The notes beneath the pieces are model-generated. The model did no database searches and was not told where the DNA came from. It saw only the letters and a program-made list of their open reading frames with translations. A stretch of 64,000 nucleotides of DNA from Candidatus Poriferisodalis sp. (lineage in GTDB: Bacteria > Actinomycetota > Acidimicrobiia > Acidimicrobiales > Poriferisodalaceae), in the NCBI GenBank assembly GCA_965226645.1, contig CBDDDL010000002.1:667147-731146 (forward strand), given 5' to 3'. Each line of letters opens with the position of its first letter. The stretch's first letter is position 1. Positions 63,102 through 64,000 of this stretch are shown one piece after another. A program made the translations under genes and the position numbers.

Positions 63102-64000
63102 CTACTGGGTGAGGGTGACGGTCAGCGACGCTGGCATGCCGTCGGCATCGAGCGTCAGCGTGCCCGACAGGGTGCCGCGGTCGTCCAGCGGCAATGAGGC
63201 AGTAGGTGTCGCGGTGAAGAAGCCCGACATGGTGAGCGAGGTGTCGCCTGCTGGGGTGCCGCGGGCTGCCAGGCGCATTTCGGCAGATGCGCCGTCGCTG
63301 CCGGGTGCGAACACGAGCAGGGCGCTGAAGCGTCGATCCGAAGAATCAGAACCGGCAGGCGACAGCGATGCCGTGCTGGGCGCCACAACAGCGACCGAAT
63401 CGTTCACCGTCATCGTCTCGACGGTCTCTTCGCCGTCGGCGCTCGTGGTGGTTGCCGTCGAGGTCACGGTCACCGACAGCGTGCCGGTCACGTCGTAGCG
63501 GTCGGCTCCCGCAGACGTGAAGCTCAGCGCTGCGCCGTCGACCATGCTGGTGGTGATCGTCGTCACCGTTGGCTCGGCGACTTCAGCTGCCGTTTCCTCG
63601 GCTGTGGTGCCTGATTGCTCATCTGTGGTGGAGGATCCAGTTTGCTCGGTCTGCGCAGACGCGCCCTCCGAAACCAGCGACTCCGACGACGTGACATCCG
63701 GAGCCAGCGACTCTGACGATGTGCCCGTGTCGGTCGGATTGCTGAGCACCGAAGATGTGTGAGTGTCGACAGCAGCCTCGGGAGCGTCGGCGACGCTCGA
63801 GTCGATCTCTTCTACGGCCGCAGTCTGTGCAACTGCAGCCGCGGCGACTGGCGCTGCAGCCGCTTGGGCAGGCTCCTCGACAGCTTCGGTCGTCTCGATG
63901 ACGGCCGGTGTTTCCGTTGCCGTGGCAACAACGACTGGCGCAGCAACGATCTCGGGCACAACAACGGGCGCGTCGATTTCGATCGATTCGACGGCGAACG
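63102..64000 (-). CDS. Thr/Ala/Ser-rich hypothetical protein, partial (5' end beyond the window end)
   Basis: The frame stays open through position 64000, upstream of the GTG at 63959 that the track takes as start. Low-complexity acidic T/S/A-rich N-region, then a beta-rich C-terminal ~130 aa. Confidence 0.5.
   Translation of the reverse strand, partial: FAVESIEIDAPVVVPEIVAAPVVVATATETPAVIETTEAVEEPAQAAAAPVAAAAVAQTAAVEEIDSSVADAPEAAVDTHTSSVLSNPTDTGTSSESLAPDVTSSESLVSEGASAQTEQTGSSTTDEQSGTTAEETAAEVAEPTVTTITTSMVDGAALSFTSAGADRYDVTGTLSVTVTSTATTTSADGEETVETMTVNDSVAVVAPSTASLSPAGSDSSDRRFSALLVFAPGSDGASAEMRLAARGTPAGDTSLTMSGFFTATPTASLPLDDRGTLSGTLTLDADGMPASLTVTLTQ

Overview
This is a high-GC actinobacterial-type chromosomal segment. 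Third codon positions are almost all G/C, so the six-frame track contains many long antisense ORF artefacts. The track also misses any gene whose stop codon lies outside the window.

Backbone genes: nhaA; an anti-sigma antagonist; an LLM oxidoreductase / TetR / MFS cluster; a MoxR-like ATPase with a VWA partner; sdhCAB; dnaE1; thrS; a zinc-ADH; hemB; fpg/nei; a nitroreductase; two SDRs.

Cell-envelope content:
- a giant secreted adhesin-like gene on the minus strand (1..6676, over 2,200 codons) that runs off the window and is absent from the ORF track. It carries Calx-beta, cadherin-like and two arylsulfotransferase(ASST)-like propeller modules;
- two secreted proteins with CWB2-type cell-wall-binding repeats, one of them with a TolB-like PD40 propeller;
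- a PQQ sugar dehydrogenase lipoprotein, NfeD-flotillin, TerC, Fic, an aquaporin.

Accessory and defence-like stretch at about 43.3-58.2 kb:
- a small low-GC RHH cassette;
- a McrBC-like type IV restriction pair whose McrB homologue has an atypical N-terminal module;
- an HNH/DUF222 (REP13E12-like) gene with degenerate G-rich repeats;
- VapBC with a palindromic operator;
- a secreted animal-type haem peroxidase that appears frameshifted next to a hexamer repeat;
- a 4.2-kb insert at the 3' end of the aquaporin gene, flanked by 46-bp direct repeats. It carries an ABC-like (AAA_21-type) ATPase gene broken by a tandem duplication, an IS110 and a degenerate IS30.

Other mobile/TA content: an IS630 with perfect 23-bp inverted repeats between sdhB and the PD40 gene; a low-GC HigBA-like pair with a textbook promoter.

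Recurrent theme: displaced copies of gene 3' ends (nhaA, ADH, aquaporin) mark three separate insertions.

Coordinates I derived by manual indexing may be off by 1-2 nt.
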